From the NCBI RefSeq assembly GCF_001481685.1, contig NZ_CP006867.1, positions 960,001 to 992,000 on the forward strand: a stretch of 32,000 bases of DNA, in the 5' to 3' direction. Every line of letters starts with the position of its first letter. Position 1 is the first letter of the stretch. Shown piece by piece: positions 1 through 8,272 of this stretch. The notes beneath the pieces were generated by a model, which saw nothing but the letters and a program-made list of their open reading frames with translations, was not told the DNA's origin and did no database searches. Position numbers and translations under genes: made by a program. This DNA comes from Ignicoccus islandicus DSM 13165. Its GTDB lineage: Archaea; Thermoproteota; Thermoprotei_A; Sulfolobales; Ignicoccaceae.

Positions 1-1043
1 GTCAGCACTGAGAAGGCACTTGAGCACGGTCTGACCTCGTTAACGTAGTCTATTGGGGCCCACTTGGCCCTAACCCCGCTCGGAGAAGAAGGTTTGAATT
101 CCGTTATTATTGAGAACGCGTCCTTCTCTAAACTCGCTCTGAAGTCAATTACCCCCTTCTTGTCCCTTTTAGGTAACGCTAAGCTCTTCCTCTCAAATTC
201 TATTCTATTTAACGTATAGTTGACTATTTCCTCTATCATCTCGATCTCAAGACGTCTTCGGCTTCTTTTAAGGAATTCGCTCAGTACCTTCTGAGCCTTC
301 TCTTGCGCGTTTTCCTTGGTGGGTCCCGAGGCTAGTACGCACACCCTTACGAAGCTCCTCTCTCCCTCTATACCCGGATGGCTCTTAATGTACACATCGG
401 GATAGACCTCAGCGAACTTCTTCAGTAGGGGAGCTAATTCGGCCTCCCTCACGTCCTCTAAACGCTCGCATACTTCGACCTTCGCATATAAGTTCTCCTT
501 CTGCAATTCTTCGGTTACGAACTCATTTAACATGGCTTCCATTTCCCTGGGTACTCCAGGAAGAGAAAATATTTTGCACCTGTTCAATTTGACGTATATT
601 CCCGGTGCTACGCCTACTTTATTTGGAATCGGTTGGGCCAAGCACGGCAACACGGCCATCTTCCTCCTTACTTCGTCAACTTCCTCTATTTCTTGGCCAT
701 AGATCTCTCTCAGCTTGTTCCTTACCATTTCCAATGCCTCTTCGTTCAAGCACAAGGGCGATCCTATCGCGTACGCTATGGCCTCGGCCGTTACGTCGTC
801 GTACGTTGGCCCGAGCCCCCCAGTAGTTATTACGACGCCCGCATCGTAGCAGAGTTCCTTCACTGCTTCGGCTATAGCGTCGATGTCGTCCCTAACCTTC
901 CTAATTTCTACTACGTCAAAGCCTAAGGTCGTTAGTACTCTAGCGATCTTTTGAGAGTTGGTGTCAGTTATTCTGCCTACGAGTACCTCGTTGCCTATTA
1001 CTAAAATCGCCGCGCTCCATTTCTTAAGGTAAGGGTTCGTCAT
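1..1043 (-). CDS. CinA/MoaB-like (molybdopterin-binding fold) domain protein continuing in frame into the N-terminal part of indole-3-glycerol phosphate synthase (TrpC); runs off the left edge
   Basis: Hand translation on the minus strand from ATG at 1043: MTNPYLKKWSAAILVIGNEVLVGRITDTNSQKIARVL...VVITTGGLGPTYDDVTAEA...IFSLPGVPREMEAMLNEF (CinA N-domain motifs), then with no in-frame stop ...MIEEIVNYTLNRIEFERKS...FSIITEFKPSSPSGVRAKWAPIDYVNEVRPCSSAFSVLT (TrpC N-terminal motifs). The ORF track omits it because the frame is open at the window edge. Confidence 0.85.
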   Translation of the reverse strand, partial: MTNPYLKKWSAAILVIGNEVLVGRITDTNSQKIARVLTTLGFDVVEIRKVRDDIDAIAEAVKELCYDAGVVITTGGLGPTYDDVTAEAIAYAIGSPLCLNEEALEMVRNKLREIYGQEIEEVDEVRRKMAVLPCLAQPIPNKVGVAPGIYVKLNRCKIFSLPGVPREMEAMLNEFVTEELQKENLYAKVEVCERLEDVREAELAPLLKKFAEVYPDVYIKSHPGIEGERSFVRVCVLASGPTKENAQEKAQKVLSEFLKRSRRRLEIEMIEEIVNYTLNRIEFERKSLALPKRDKKGVIDFRASLEKDAFSIITEFKPSSPSGVRAKWAPIDYVNEVRPCSSAFSVL

Positions 1044-1048
1044 TTGCT

Positions 1049-1849
1049 TTACGACACCTCTAAATCCCCGATTATTTTCTCAGCCACCTTCTTTCCTGAA
1101 GCTAGCATTCCGCCGAAGACGGGCCCCATTCTGGGAAGCCTATAGAAGCTAGCAACGGACATCCCGGCCGCGTATAATCCTTCAAGCACCTTTCCGGTAT
1201 ACTTAACTACGAGCTTCTCGGCCTCGTCTATCCAAGCTCCGTATTCCCTTCCAACCTCGAAGTTCACGTTCGGGAGCTTCTTAGACGCTATCTTCAGTAT
1301 CTCTGCGTCGTGTCCGGTAGCGTCAACGACTGCTTTTGCTTTGAAGAATATCGGATCAACGTGGAGACCGGATAGGTAAATAGGCGACCATAGAGCTACT
1401 ACTCCCTTTACCTTGGTCACACCTTCTTCTATTCTGTATATTAGGTCCTCGACGTGCATTCCGAGAACTATCTTCGCTCCAGCCGAAACGGAGGCGTTGC
1501 TTAGCTTCGCTACTAACGCGGCGGCATCGGTTGTGTACAAATTATCATCAACTTTCTTTAAGGGAACACCGAGCTCTTCGGCTATTTCCTTAGGATTGTA
1601 GCCCTCTAACTCCACGTCCTCTACCACTACCTTATGGAAGAGGCTTCCTCCTCCAGAGATACCGCCTCCTAAGCTAACCCTCCTTTCTAGTATTAGGACC
1701 TTAAGACCGGCTTTCGCAAGGTAATGGGAAGCCGTGAGTCCGGCCGGACCTGCTCCAACTATTACTACGTCAACGCCCTTCGCCATTTGGGATAGTTCCT
1801 TTGAGCTTTCCTCTATTATTATTGAGGTGACCTTACCCTCATCTATCAT
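1049..1849 (-). CDS. thi4: Thiamine thiazole synthase (Thi4 family, archaeal sulfide-type with His in GLHVDP)
   Basis: FAD-binding VDVVIVGAGPAGLTASHYLAKAGLKVLILERR, GGGISGGGSLFHKVVVE, LSGLHVDPIFFKAKAVVDATGHDAE. Confidence 0.9.
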   Translation of the reverse strand: MIDEGKVTSIIIEESSKELSQMAKGVDVVIVGAGPAGLTASHYLAKAGLKVLILERRVSLGGGISGGGSLFHKVVVEDVELEGYNPKEIAEELGVPLKKVDDNLYTTDAAALVAKLSNASVSAGAKIVLGMHVEDLIYRIEEGVTKVKGVVALWSPIYLSGLHVDPIFFKAKAVVDATGHDAEILKIASKKLPNVNFEVGREYGAWIDEAEKLVVKYTGKVLEGLYAAGMSVASFYRLPRMGPVFGGMLASGKKVAEKIIGDLEVS

Positions 1850-1954
1850 AATAAAGCTACCTAAAGTAATTCACTCTGTGAAAGGTAAATGAAGATTAGT
1901 TAGCGCAAAAACACCTATTTGAAGGCGGAATAATTAGAACTACTAACGCTTGCC

Positions 1955-2107
1955 TTAGAGTTCAACCTTTCGCTCGACGCGATGGAAGGTGTTCCTTCCA
2001 CAGACCCTACAGTAGTGATAGATCCTTCCCATACTTTCTAAATCGTAGCTACCGAGGAACAACCACATTTGGCCGCATCTCTCACATCTCAGATACCAAC
2101 TAGTCAT
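1955..2107 (-). CDS. Small zinc-ribbon-like protein (50 aa) absent from the supplied ORF track
   Basis: Hand translation: MTSWYLRCERCGQMWLFLGSYDLESMGRIYHYCRVCGRNTFHRVERKVEL*, with CxxC...CxxC spacing. Confidence 0.5.
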   Translation of the reverse strand: MTSWYLRCERCGQMWLFLGSYDLESMGRIYHYCRVCGRNTFHRVERKVEL

Positions 2108-2119
2108 TCGAAACCACCC

Positions 2120-2827
2120 TTACTTCTTATGAAACCTGGCGTAAATCATTGCGTGGTCTTTGTCGAACGGGTCTAAGTGAACGATATCGAGTATTTCGAA
2201 ACCCCTTTCCTTAAGTGTAAGCAATTCCCTCCTGAACACTTCCTCCGGGCTCTTAGTTACGTCCACGCTCCTAGCCTTTATTGCCATGAGCATGTAACCG
2301 CCGTCCTTTAGGAAGAAGTCAGCGTTATCGGCAACTATTTCCGCTTGGTTAGGTTGGGCCACGTCGGCGTAGAGCCCGTCAGTTAGTTCAACTAAGTGCC
2401 TATATTCCCTAGGCTTCCTGGCATCTCCCAATATAGGGAAAATGTTCTTTCTTTCTTCAGCTAGCACTACGAACTCTCTCATTACTCTGGGCGCGAATTC
2501 TACTCCGTATAGCTTTCCTTCCTCGCCTATTATGTCCGAAATGTGGCTAGGAGTGGTACCCGTAGCAGCACCTAAATAGAGAATCTTATCTCCTCGCTTA
2601 ATTGGTAATTCCTCGAGACCCTTAGCCAACGCAGCCGCGAGCTTAGACCTAAATATATTCCATTCCCTGTATTCGCCATCTTCCCACTTATAGAGTTTCT
2701 CCCCATATACTCTTTTTCCGGGAGTCAAGTTCTTAGTAGCGAGCTTGACGCTGCCGTCCTCTAGTTCTACTATGTAGACGTTAGGGTACTTGGGATGCTC
2801 ATATATGTTGACTACTTCAATTACCAA
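2120..2827 (-). CDS. flpA: Fibrillarin-like rRNA/tRNA 2'-O-methyltransferase
   Basis: GDKILYLGAATGTTPSHISDIIGEEGKLYGVEFAPRVMREFV, ADVAQPNQAEIVADNADFFLKDGGYMLMAIKARSVDVTKSPEEVF. Confidence 0.95.
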   Translation of the reverse strand: MVIEVVNIYEHPKYPNVYIVELEDGSVKLATKNLTPGKRVYGEKLYKWEDGEYREWNIFRSKLAAALAKGLEELPIKRGDKILYLGAATGTTPSHISDIIGEEGKLYGVEFAPRVMREFVVLAEERKNIFPILGDARKPREYRHLVELTDGLYADVAQPNQAEIVADNADFFLKDGGYMLMAIKARSVDVTKSPEEVFRRELLTLKERGFEILDIVHLDPFDKDHAMIYARFHKK

Positions 2828-2899
2828 CTTCCTTTACCCTAAAGGTAGGAGCTAGGAAGGGGTTAAACTATTGAAGTTTGGGGATTGGAGGACAAAAAC

Positions 2900-4153
2900 T
2901 CACCATTCTAGGCTCTTGCCCTTCTCCTCACCGCCGCCTCTACCGGTAACTGCCGCTGCGACTGCTATGGCGATAACTAAACCTATAACGAACGCACCTA
3001 TAGTTACGGTGTAGTCAGTTACGGTCTTAGTAATCGTTTCAGTTACGGTGTTTACAATAGTCTTGTAGAGAGTCTTGGTTAATGTATTAGTTAAGGTTAC
3101 GTTGTTGGTTATAGTTAAGGTCTCAGTAACCGTCGAAGTGCTGGTAATTAAGCTAGTCACCTTCTCCGTAACGGTATTAACTATCGTTTGGAAAACTAGC
3201 TGCGTGGTCGTTAAAGTCGAGAAGACTGTAGTTGTAATGAAGTTGGTGAAGGTTACGTTATTTATTATTAGCTTAGTAGTGGTGTAAGTGAGCGTTTGGG
3301 TCAAGGTTTCCGTTCTAGTTACTGTTTCAGTCACGGTGTTAGTTACAGTCGTAGTTAGGTTCAAGGTAGTCGTAACCGTCTCGTATATGAACTCCTTCTT
3401 CGGGTACTTAGAAGGTAGCTTACCAGCTAGGTAAAGCAGAACGTTCTCAAACAATTTCTGTGCATTAGGATCAGTACTAATGTCGCTGAGTATGCCTCTC
3501 CAGGACATAATTACCATTTCGTCGCTCCACTTGGTTACCCTAATCGCTACGCAGTAAGCCGTCCTCCCTAAGCTTTCGTTTAGAGCTATTACGTCCTTTA
3601 CGAGCGGGATTAGGCAGCAACCGCCTGGAAGTTGGCTAACGCCTTGGAATATCGGGTGCTTAGGAGAAACTAGTATTGGTTTCTTAGCTTCGCAAGCTCC
3701 AAGTTTATAGAATCCGAGCCTGGTGAGCACTATGCTTCCAATGTAGTCTCCCGTATCGGTATCGTTCATGTATGGACTAGCTATTATCGCTACCCTCATT
3801 CCGGCCTTAAGCGCAGGAACTATTACTTGATCCACGTACGCAGTAGCTATCTTGTTATCGAGTTCGGGGTTACCCGTCGTGGCGTTTTGATCGAAGACGA
3901 GTAGTATTCCGCTATAGGCTTCCGGGTTGGGAGCGCTGGTTAGGCTTAATCCGAACTGTTGAGGCTGGGGCTTAGTTAGTATTTCCGCCCACACGCCTCC
4001 CTTGGAGATCAAGTCGTTCACAGTTCCAGCTATAGAGCTCCAAGCGAGGGAAGTATCTATAGGGTTGGAGGATATGATCCTTATATCGACCTTTCCAGCG
4101 TACAGCGTGGTTATTAGCAGTAGGCTCAATAGAGGCGTTAAAGACCTCTTCAT
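2900..4153 (-). CDS. Predicted secreted or surface-anchored protein: signal peptide, globular N-domain, Thr/Val repeat stalk, C-terminal transmembrane helix
   Basis: N-terminal MKRSLTPLLSLLLITTLYAG; long low-complexity stalk (TETVTRTETLTQTLTYTTT...TVTETITKTVTDYTVT); C-terminal VIGLVIAIAVAAAVTG followed by charged residues. Confidence 0.75.
   Translation of the reverse strand: MKRSLTPLLSLLLITTLYAGKVDIRIISSNPIDTSLAWSSIAGTVNDLISKGGVWAEILTKPQPQQFGLSLTSAPNPEAYSGILLVFDQNATTGNPELDNKIATAYVDQVIVPALKAGMRVAIIASPYMNDTDTGDYIGSIVLTRLGFYKLGACEAKKPILVSPKHPIFQGVSQLPGGCCLIPLVKDVIALNESLGRTAYCVAIRVTKWSDEMVIMSWRGILSDISTDPNAQKLFENVLLYLAGKLPSKYPKKEFIYETVTTTLNLTTTVTNTVTETVTRTETLTQTLTYTTTKLIINNVTFTNFITTTVFSTLTTTQLVFQTIVNTVTEKVTSLITSTSTVTETLTITNNVTLTNTLTKTLYKTIVNTVTETITKTVTDYTVTIGAFVIGLVIAIAVAAAVTGRGGGEEKGKSLEW
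3000..3390 (-). repeat. Degenerate Thr/Val (TVTET/TLT-type) repeat region encoding a putative extracellular stalk
   Basis: Repeated translated units, including FQTIVNTVTEKVT and YKTIVNTVTETIT. Boundaries are approximate. Confidence 0.7.
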
Positions 4154-4259
4154 TGTACCACCGAAGTAATACTAGTTTGGAGAGGTTTTAACGTAGCAAG
4201 CGGAAAACAGTTAGTGTGTTTAATATGATTGGTGCGTCTGATCCATTTGGGATGCTTAA

Positions 4260-4967
4260 ATGGAATCAGAATGGCCGTTAAGGGACTACATCTTAATGAT
4301 AGCAGTGGTAGTGTTACTACTCACTTCCCTTGGAGTATTGAACTTCGCCTTCATTAACTACAGTACGCATTACGAGTGGATGCCTTACGTAGCCGGTCCA
4401 ATCGTGGGGGCCGTTTACTTAATATCTTTAATTATACCGTTAGTAAGTAGAAGCTATACGCTCTACATGCTAGGCATTTTAGTATTCATGATTCCCACGT
4501 TGTTAGCTTACGTGATCACCTACGACGATAGCAGCATCTATGGGTACGAGGACGTGGCTTTCTTGCTCGTTTTGGACTTGCTGTTCGCAATGCTTCTTCA
4601 TAGAATGGAGGGTACCGATTCATTCACTAGCAGCGTTACCTATTCTATAAGTATTTCCTTAGTTGCCTTGACTTCCCTCATTGCCGTCACTATCAGTTTC
4701 AGGAACGGAACGGTGTACCAATTAGACACGCAATCGCTGCTCCTCCTTTCTAGTATAGCCTCGTTCTTATCGGTGATAAGCACATTTACGTTAAAGAAAT
4801 CGTTCGCCTTGACTTCCCTTCTAATCAATTACTTATTAATACTCATAATAGCAGTTAGCATAAATTTCGTCTATCCAGACGTGACCATATGGATGTTCCT
4901 AGCGCCCCTACTGGGCATAAACGCTATCCCCGCGTACTTGATCTACGTCTACGGAGTAGAGAGTTAG
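4260..4967 (+). CDS. Multi-spanning membrane protein of unknown function
   Basis: 235-aa ORF with about 6-7 hydrophobic segments (YILMIAVVVLLLTSLGVL, VGAVYLISLIIPLV, LLINYLLILIIAVSINFV and others). Confidence 0.7.
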   Translation: MESEWPLRDYILMIAVVVLLLTSLGVLNFAFINYSTHYEWMPYVAGPIVGAVYLISLIIPLVSRSYTLYMLGILVFMIPTLLAYVITYDDSSIYGYEDVAFLLVLDLLFAMLLHRMEGTDSFTSSVTYSISISLVALTSLIAVTISFRNGTVYQLDTQSLLLLSSIASFLSVISTFTLKKSFALTSLLINYLLILIIAVSINFVYPDVTIWMFLAPLLGINAIPAYLIYVYGVES

Positions 4968-5010
4968 CCGGACCTCTCTTTTTATTTCCTTTTTACACCT
5001 TCACTAATAG

Positions 5011-5799
5011 GTGCGTAACGCAATGATAACTGCGAGTTGGGGAAACCTAGCGGCTCTGGTGAGGAGGGCCGACGTAGTAGTTGAAGTCATAGACGCTAGG
5101 ACACCTAATAACACTAGGAGCAAGAGGCTCGAGAGGTTAGTGGAGACTTTAAATAAACCGATAGTGTTGGCCTTGAATAAGGCGGACTTAGTTCCAAGGG
5201 AAATAGCTGAAGAGTGGACTAAGAAGTATAGGGCAGAAGGGTACGAGGCAGTTTACCTAGCAGCTAGGGAACACAAGGGTACGAGGGTATTGAGAAGGGC
5301 GATCAACAGGAGCGTGACCGTTAGACCAATAGTGGTAGCTGTCGTAGGGTACCCGAAGACCGGTAAGAGCAGCGTAATAAACGCCTTAAGGGGTAAAGGA
5401 GGCGCGTCCACCTCGCCCGTTCCCGGAACTCCAGGTTACACGAAGAAACCCGGTATATATAGAGGACCCGGTCAAATCTACTTCCTCGATACCCCTGGAG
5501 TCATCCCTCCGGATGGTTCGCCTTTAGAGAAGGCGATTAGGGGAGCTCCTCCGGAGAAATTGAAGGACCCCGTTAAGGTTGCTGTGGAACTGATAGAGTT
5601 CGTGAAGAGGTACGAACCCAAGGCCTTCTTAAAGGCTTATGGGTTCGATGGAGATCCTTACGAGATACTGGAGAAGCTAGCGATTAAGAGGGGTTGGTTC
5701 TATAAAGAGGACCACGAGCCCCTAATAGAGCAAGCCGCAAGGGCGATAATAATAGATTACCATAAGGGAAAGATACCGTTCTACGTTCCGCCTTACTAG
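5011..5799 (+). CDS. Circularly permuted GTPase of the YlqF/YawG family (ribosome-assembly type)
   Basis: Motif order G4 (NKADLVP), then G1 (GYPKTGKSSVINAL), then G3 (LDTPG). The start may instead be the in-frame ATG at 5023. Confidence 0.85.
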   Translation: MRNAMITASWGNLAALVRRADVVVEVIDARTPNNTRSKRLERLVETLNKPIVLALNKADLVPREIAEEWTKKYRAEGYEAVYLAAREHKGTRVLRRAINRSVTVRPIVVAVVGYPKTGKSSVINALRGKGGASTSPVPGTPGYTKKPGIYRGPGQIYFLDTPGVIPPDGSPLEKAIRGAPPEKLKDPVKVAVELIEFVKRYEPKAFLKAYGFDGDPYEILEKLAIKRGWFYKEDHEPLIEQAARAIIIDYHKGKIPFYVPPY

Positions 5800-5895
5800 A
5801 GGCTCATGGTCTGGTGTCTTCGATCACTCGAACTCACCAATACCAGCCTTCTTCATCGCCAGTATCCCTTGGAACCTAAGGGGGTTTAAAATTGA

Positions 5896-5963
5896 GCAAT
5901 GAAGAGAGAATCCGGGAACGAGGTCATCGCGACCGATGAGATGGCCGCTCTTCTCTGAGTCCG
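5896..5963 (+). ncRNA. Candidate C/D-box sRNA (low confidence)
   Basis: Intergenic; TTTAAAATT upstream; C-like ATGAAGA (5899-5905), C'-like GATGAG (5935-5940), 14 nt, then CTGA (5955-5958). The C-to-D span of about 60 nt is typical, but no canonical D' box is present. Confidence 0.35.
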
Positions 5964-5992
5964 ATTCCGTAATTCCGTATGATTAAAAAGAA

Positions 5993-6967
5993 CTAAGCTT
6001 CTTCGGATATTTCCCTCAGCCACCTAGGGTGCTCTTCTAGTGCCCTCTTCCTAGGCATTCGACCGGTTAGGAAAGTTAGGTCCAGTGGGAAGATTGAGGG
6101 ACGGAAGTGGGTGTATGCTATGTGAACCATTAGTATGAACGTTACTGCTAATACTGCTTCCTTTACGTGCATTGTCCATAGTATGCCGCCTAGTACGTGA
6201 GGACCCCATAGGAGAATAATGAATCCGGGTATGCCGAGCACCAACATACCCCAGTATATGCCCCAATACTCGAACAATTGTTCCGGATCATATTTGCCGT
6301 AAGGCTCCGGCTTCTTACCCATCAGAACTGAAACGACGTTTTTCAGGAACTTGACGCTATAGAATTCAAGTATTGGGAACCTTTCCTTTAAGTTTTCGCC
6401 GCGAGCCTTGAGTATTAGCGCTTGGGTAGTGTAGTAAGTGAAGTGGAGAATAGCTAGTATACCCATTGCTATACCGCTGTAAACGTGCGTAACTATTAGC
6501 GCAACCTTGTCCCCGATTCCCGCGTTCGCAGCGAAACCAGTTACGGCGCATACGGTAAACGTTATTATCATCCATAGGTGTTGTATCCTTTGCCATTTAC
6601 TTAGCCTAGGGATCCATACGTCCCTTTTAGCCTCCTCGATTTCGTAATACAACCGCCACTTCCCAGCCATCCTTACTTCTTTGAGGAAATTGACGAGGAC
6701 CCATAGAGTTCCTACTATAGCTATAACGAGTATCAATAGATCGAAGGCGACTGATATTAAGCTTCTCCACCAGGCAACGTTACCTACATCGAAGCTTCCG
6801 AGAACGGCTCCGCGTACTGGCCACTCACTTAATAGAACTTTCAAGGCGTATTCATATACGAAACCCCAAGCGATACCTACAGCTATCGCCGTACCAATGA
6901 GGCTACCTATGAGATACCCTATTCTCCCTTCCTCGAAATCATGGGAAGGTGATCCCAATGTTCTCAC
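5993..6967 (-). CDS. Membrane-bound b-type cytochrome (cytochrome b561 / formate dehydrogenase gamma / hydrogenase cytochrome b-like)
   Basis: At least 5 hydrophobic helices with His residues (IQHLWMIITFTVCAVTGFAAN, LIVTHVYSGIAMGILAILHFTYY, MHVKEAVLAVTFILMVHIAYTHFRP). Confidence 0.7.
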   Translation of the reverse strand: MRTLGSPSHDFEEGRIGYLIGSLIGTAIAVGIAWGFVYEYALKVLLSEWPVRGAVLGSFDVGNVAWWRSLISVAFDLLILVIAIVGTLWVLVNFLKEVRMAGKWRLYYEIEEAKRDVWIPRLSKWQRIQHLWMIITFTVCAVTGFAANAGIGDKVALIVTHVYSGIAMGILAILHFTYYTTQALILKARGENLKERFPILEFYSVKFLKNVVSVLMGKKPEPYGKYDPEQLFEYWGIYWGMLVLGIPGFIILLWGPHVLGGILWTMHVKEAVLAVTFILMVHIAYTHFRPSIFPLDLTFLTGRMPRKRALEEHPRWLREISEEA

Positions 6968-6981
6968 CTCTATATTTAATA

Positions 6982-8151
6982 TTACTGCCCTTCGCCATGC
7001 TCTCTCTCCTCTTTTTCATTTGGTCGACCACCTCCACCCGAGGCTTTCGCTGCTGCGAACCCGGCTATTGCACCAATTGCCGCACTCGCTACGCTTCCGG
7101 TCGCTAGTGCCCCTTCCAGTTTCCTCTCGTTTGCAGTTTTCGCTTCGCGAACTGGAAGCGCTTCACTAGGCTCGAAGAAAGTATGAGCGTGAGGTCTCAT
7201 GTCGCGGTGGCAGCTCTCACAAGCCAAGAAGCCTCTGGTGAACTGACCGTCTTCGTAAAGTTTGCCCTTGAAATGGCAAGTACGACAACTGGCAGTGGTC
7301 GCTGACAGTCTCACGTCTCCGCTATATTCAGATTTAACTATCCTGGTCACTTCAGCTACAGCTATGTCAGCTGCCTTAGAAGGGTTACCAACTCTGTTTA
7401 AGGCATCGAAATAGTTGTTTAATAACATTACGGCGAACGCGGCAATGTCGCCAGTCAATCTACCGCATCTCTCGCTTCTCTCGGGCGATCCGCTTGCGTA
7501 TCCCGAAACCTCACACCATTTCCCTACTGAAACGTGGCATAGAGTAGATCCGCTCACGTTCTGAGGCAACCACTTCTTGCTTTTCATTCTCTCGGGTGGT
7601 ACGTACATCATTCCCTTTACAGCGTATTCGTTACTCTTACGGGTCGGAAGCGGAGTGGTCTCGTAGATCCTCATTAAAGCCTTGCCTAATTTATCCCAAG
7701 CCTTATGTTCGCCAACTATCATCTGTATCGCGAAGAGCGAGCCGTTGAGGGCCCCACATAGGGTTCCCCAACCCACGGCGCCTCCGTAACCGTATTGGAA
7801 TAAGCTGTGGAGGTGTTTCTTGTTCTTAATAGCATCTAAGGCCTTCTCTCTACTCGGTATAGGCAATAACGTCCAAGGATACCCTATCTTCTCGCGCAGT
7901 TGTATGGCTATGCTCCAAAAAGCCGCACCGGCACACTCGAATAGGTAATATCCCATATGGCCGAGTTTCCTGGTCTCCTCGGGATCCAACTTAGTGTAGG
8001 GCCAAGGTAGTTCGGGAGGCTCAATCGCTTCGGGTTTTTTGGGTTCCGTCTTCGCCTCTTCAGCGCTCGCGACTTGGGGAAAGGCCATGAGAAGCGGCAC
8101 GGTAGCTGCCGTAGAGACCAGGCGCTTCACGAATTCACGTCTAGAAACCAT
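6982..8151 (-). CDS. Exported c-type cytochrome resembling split-Soret cytochrome c / C_GCAxxG_C_C family, with Tat-like signal
   Basis: Probable start M29 of the listed ORF: MVSRREFVKRLVSTAATVPLLMAFPQVASAEE. Two CxxCH motifs (CRTCH, CESCH); ECAGAAFWSIAI...YGYGGAVGWGTLCGALNGSLFAI. Confidence 0.75.
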   Translation of the reverse strand: MVSRREFVKRLVSTAATVPLLMAFPQVASAEEAKTEPKKPEAIEPPELPWPYTKLDPEETRKLGHMGYYLFECAGAAFWSIAIQLREKIGYPWTLLPIPSREKALDAIKNKKHLHSLFQYGYGGAVGWGTLCGALNGSLFAIQMIVGEHKAWDKLGKALMRIYETTPLPTRKSNEYAVKGMMYVPPERMKSKKWLPQNVSGSTLCHVSVGKWCEVSGYASGSPERSERCGRLTGDIAAFAVMLLNNYFDALNRVGNPSKAADIAVAEVTRIVKSEYSGDVRLSATTASCRTCHFKGKLYEDGQFTRGFLACESCHRDMRPHAHTFFEPSEALPVREAKTANERKLEGALATGSVASAAIGAIAGFAAAKASGGGGRPNEKEEREHGEGQ

Positions 8152-8272
8152 TACGTAAGGTCCCTCATGAGGTAATATTGCGATTTTTCGAATATATTTC
8201 TTTCCTATTATAAGAATATTGTTTACTGCGTACAAGTGGAATTGGTTTAATTCGATAATGAAGAGTTAGATC

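Noticed and set aside
605-926. Plus-strand ORFs (73 and 97 aa) listed in the ORF track
   Set aside because: They lie antisense to a minus-strand frame with clear CinA-domain motifs; their compositions are low-complexity Ser/Leu/Arg or antisense-like.
3075-3287. Plus-strand ORF rich in Val/Lys (70 aa)
   Set aside because: Antisense mirror of the Thr/Val repeat stalk of the 2900..4153 gene.
5800-5880. Second possible C/D sRNA on the minus strand (GCGATGA ... GTGA ... GTGAT ... ATGA)
   Set aside because: D and D' boxes are GTGA/ATGA rather than the near-invariant CTGA; too weak to call.
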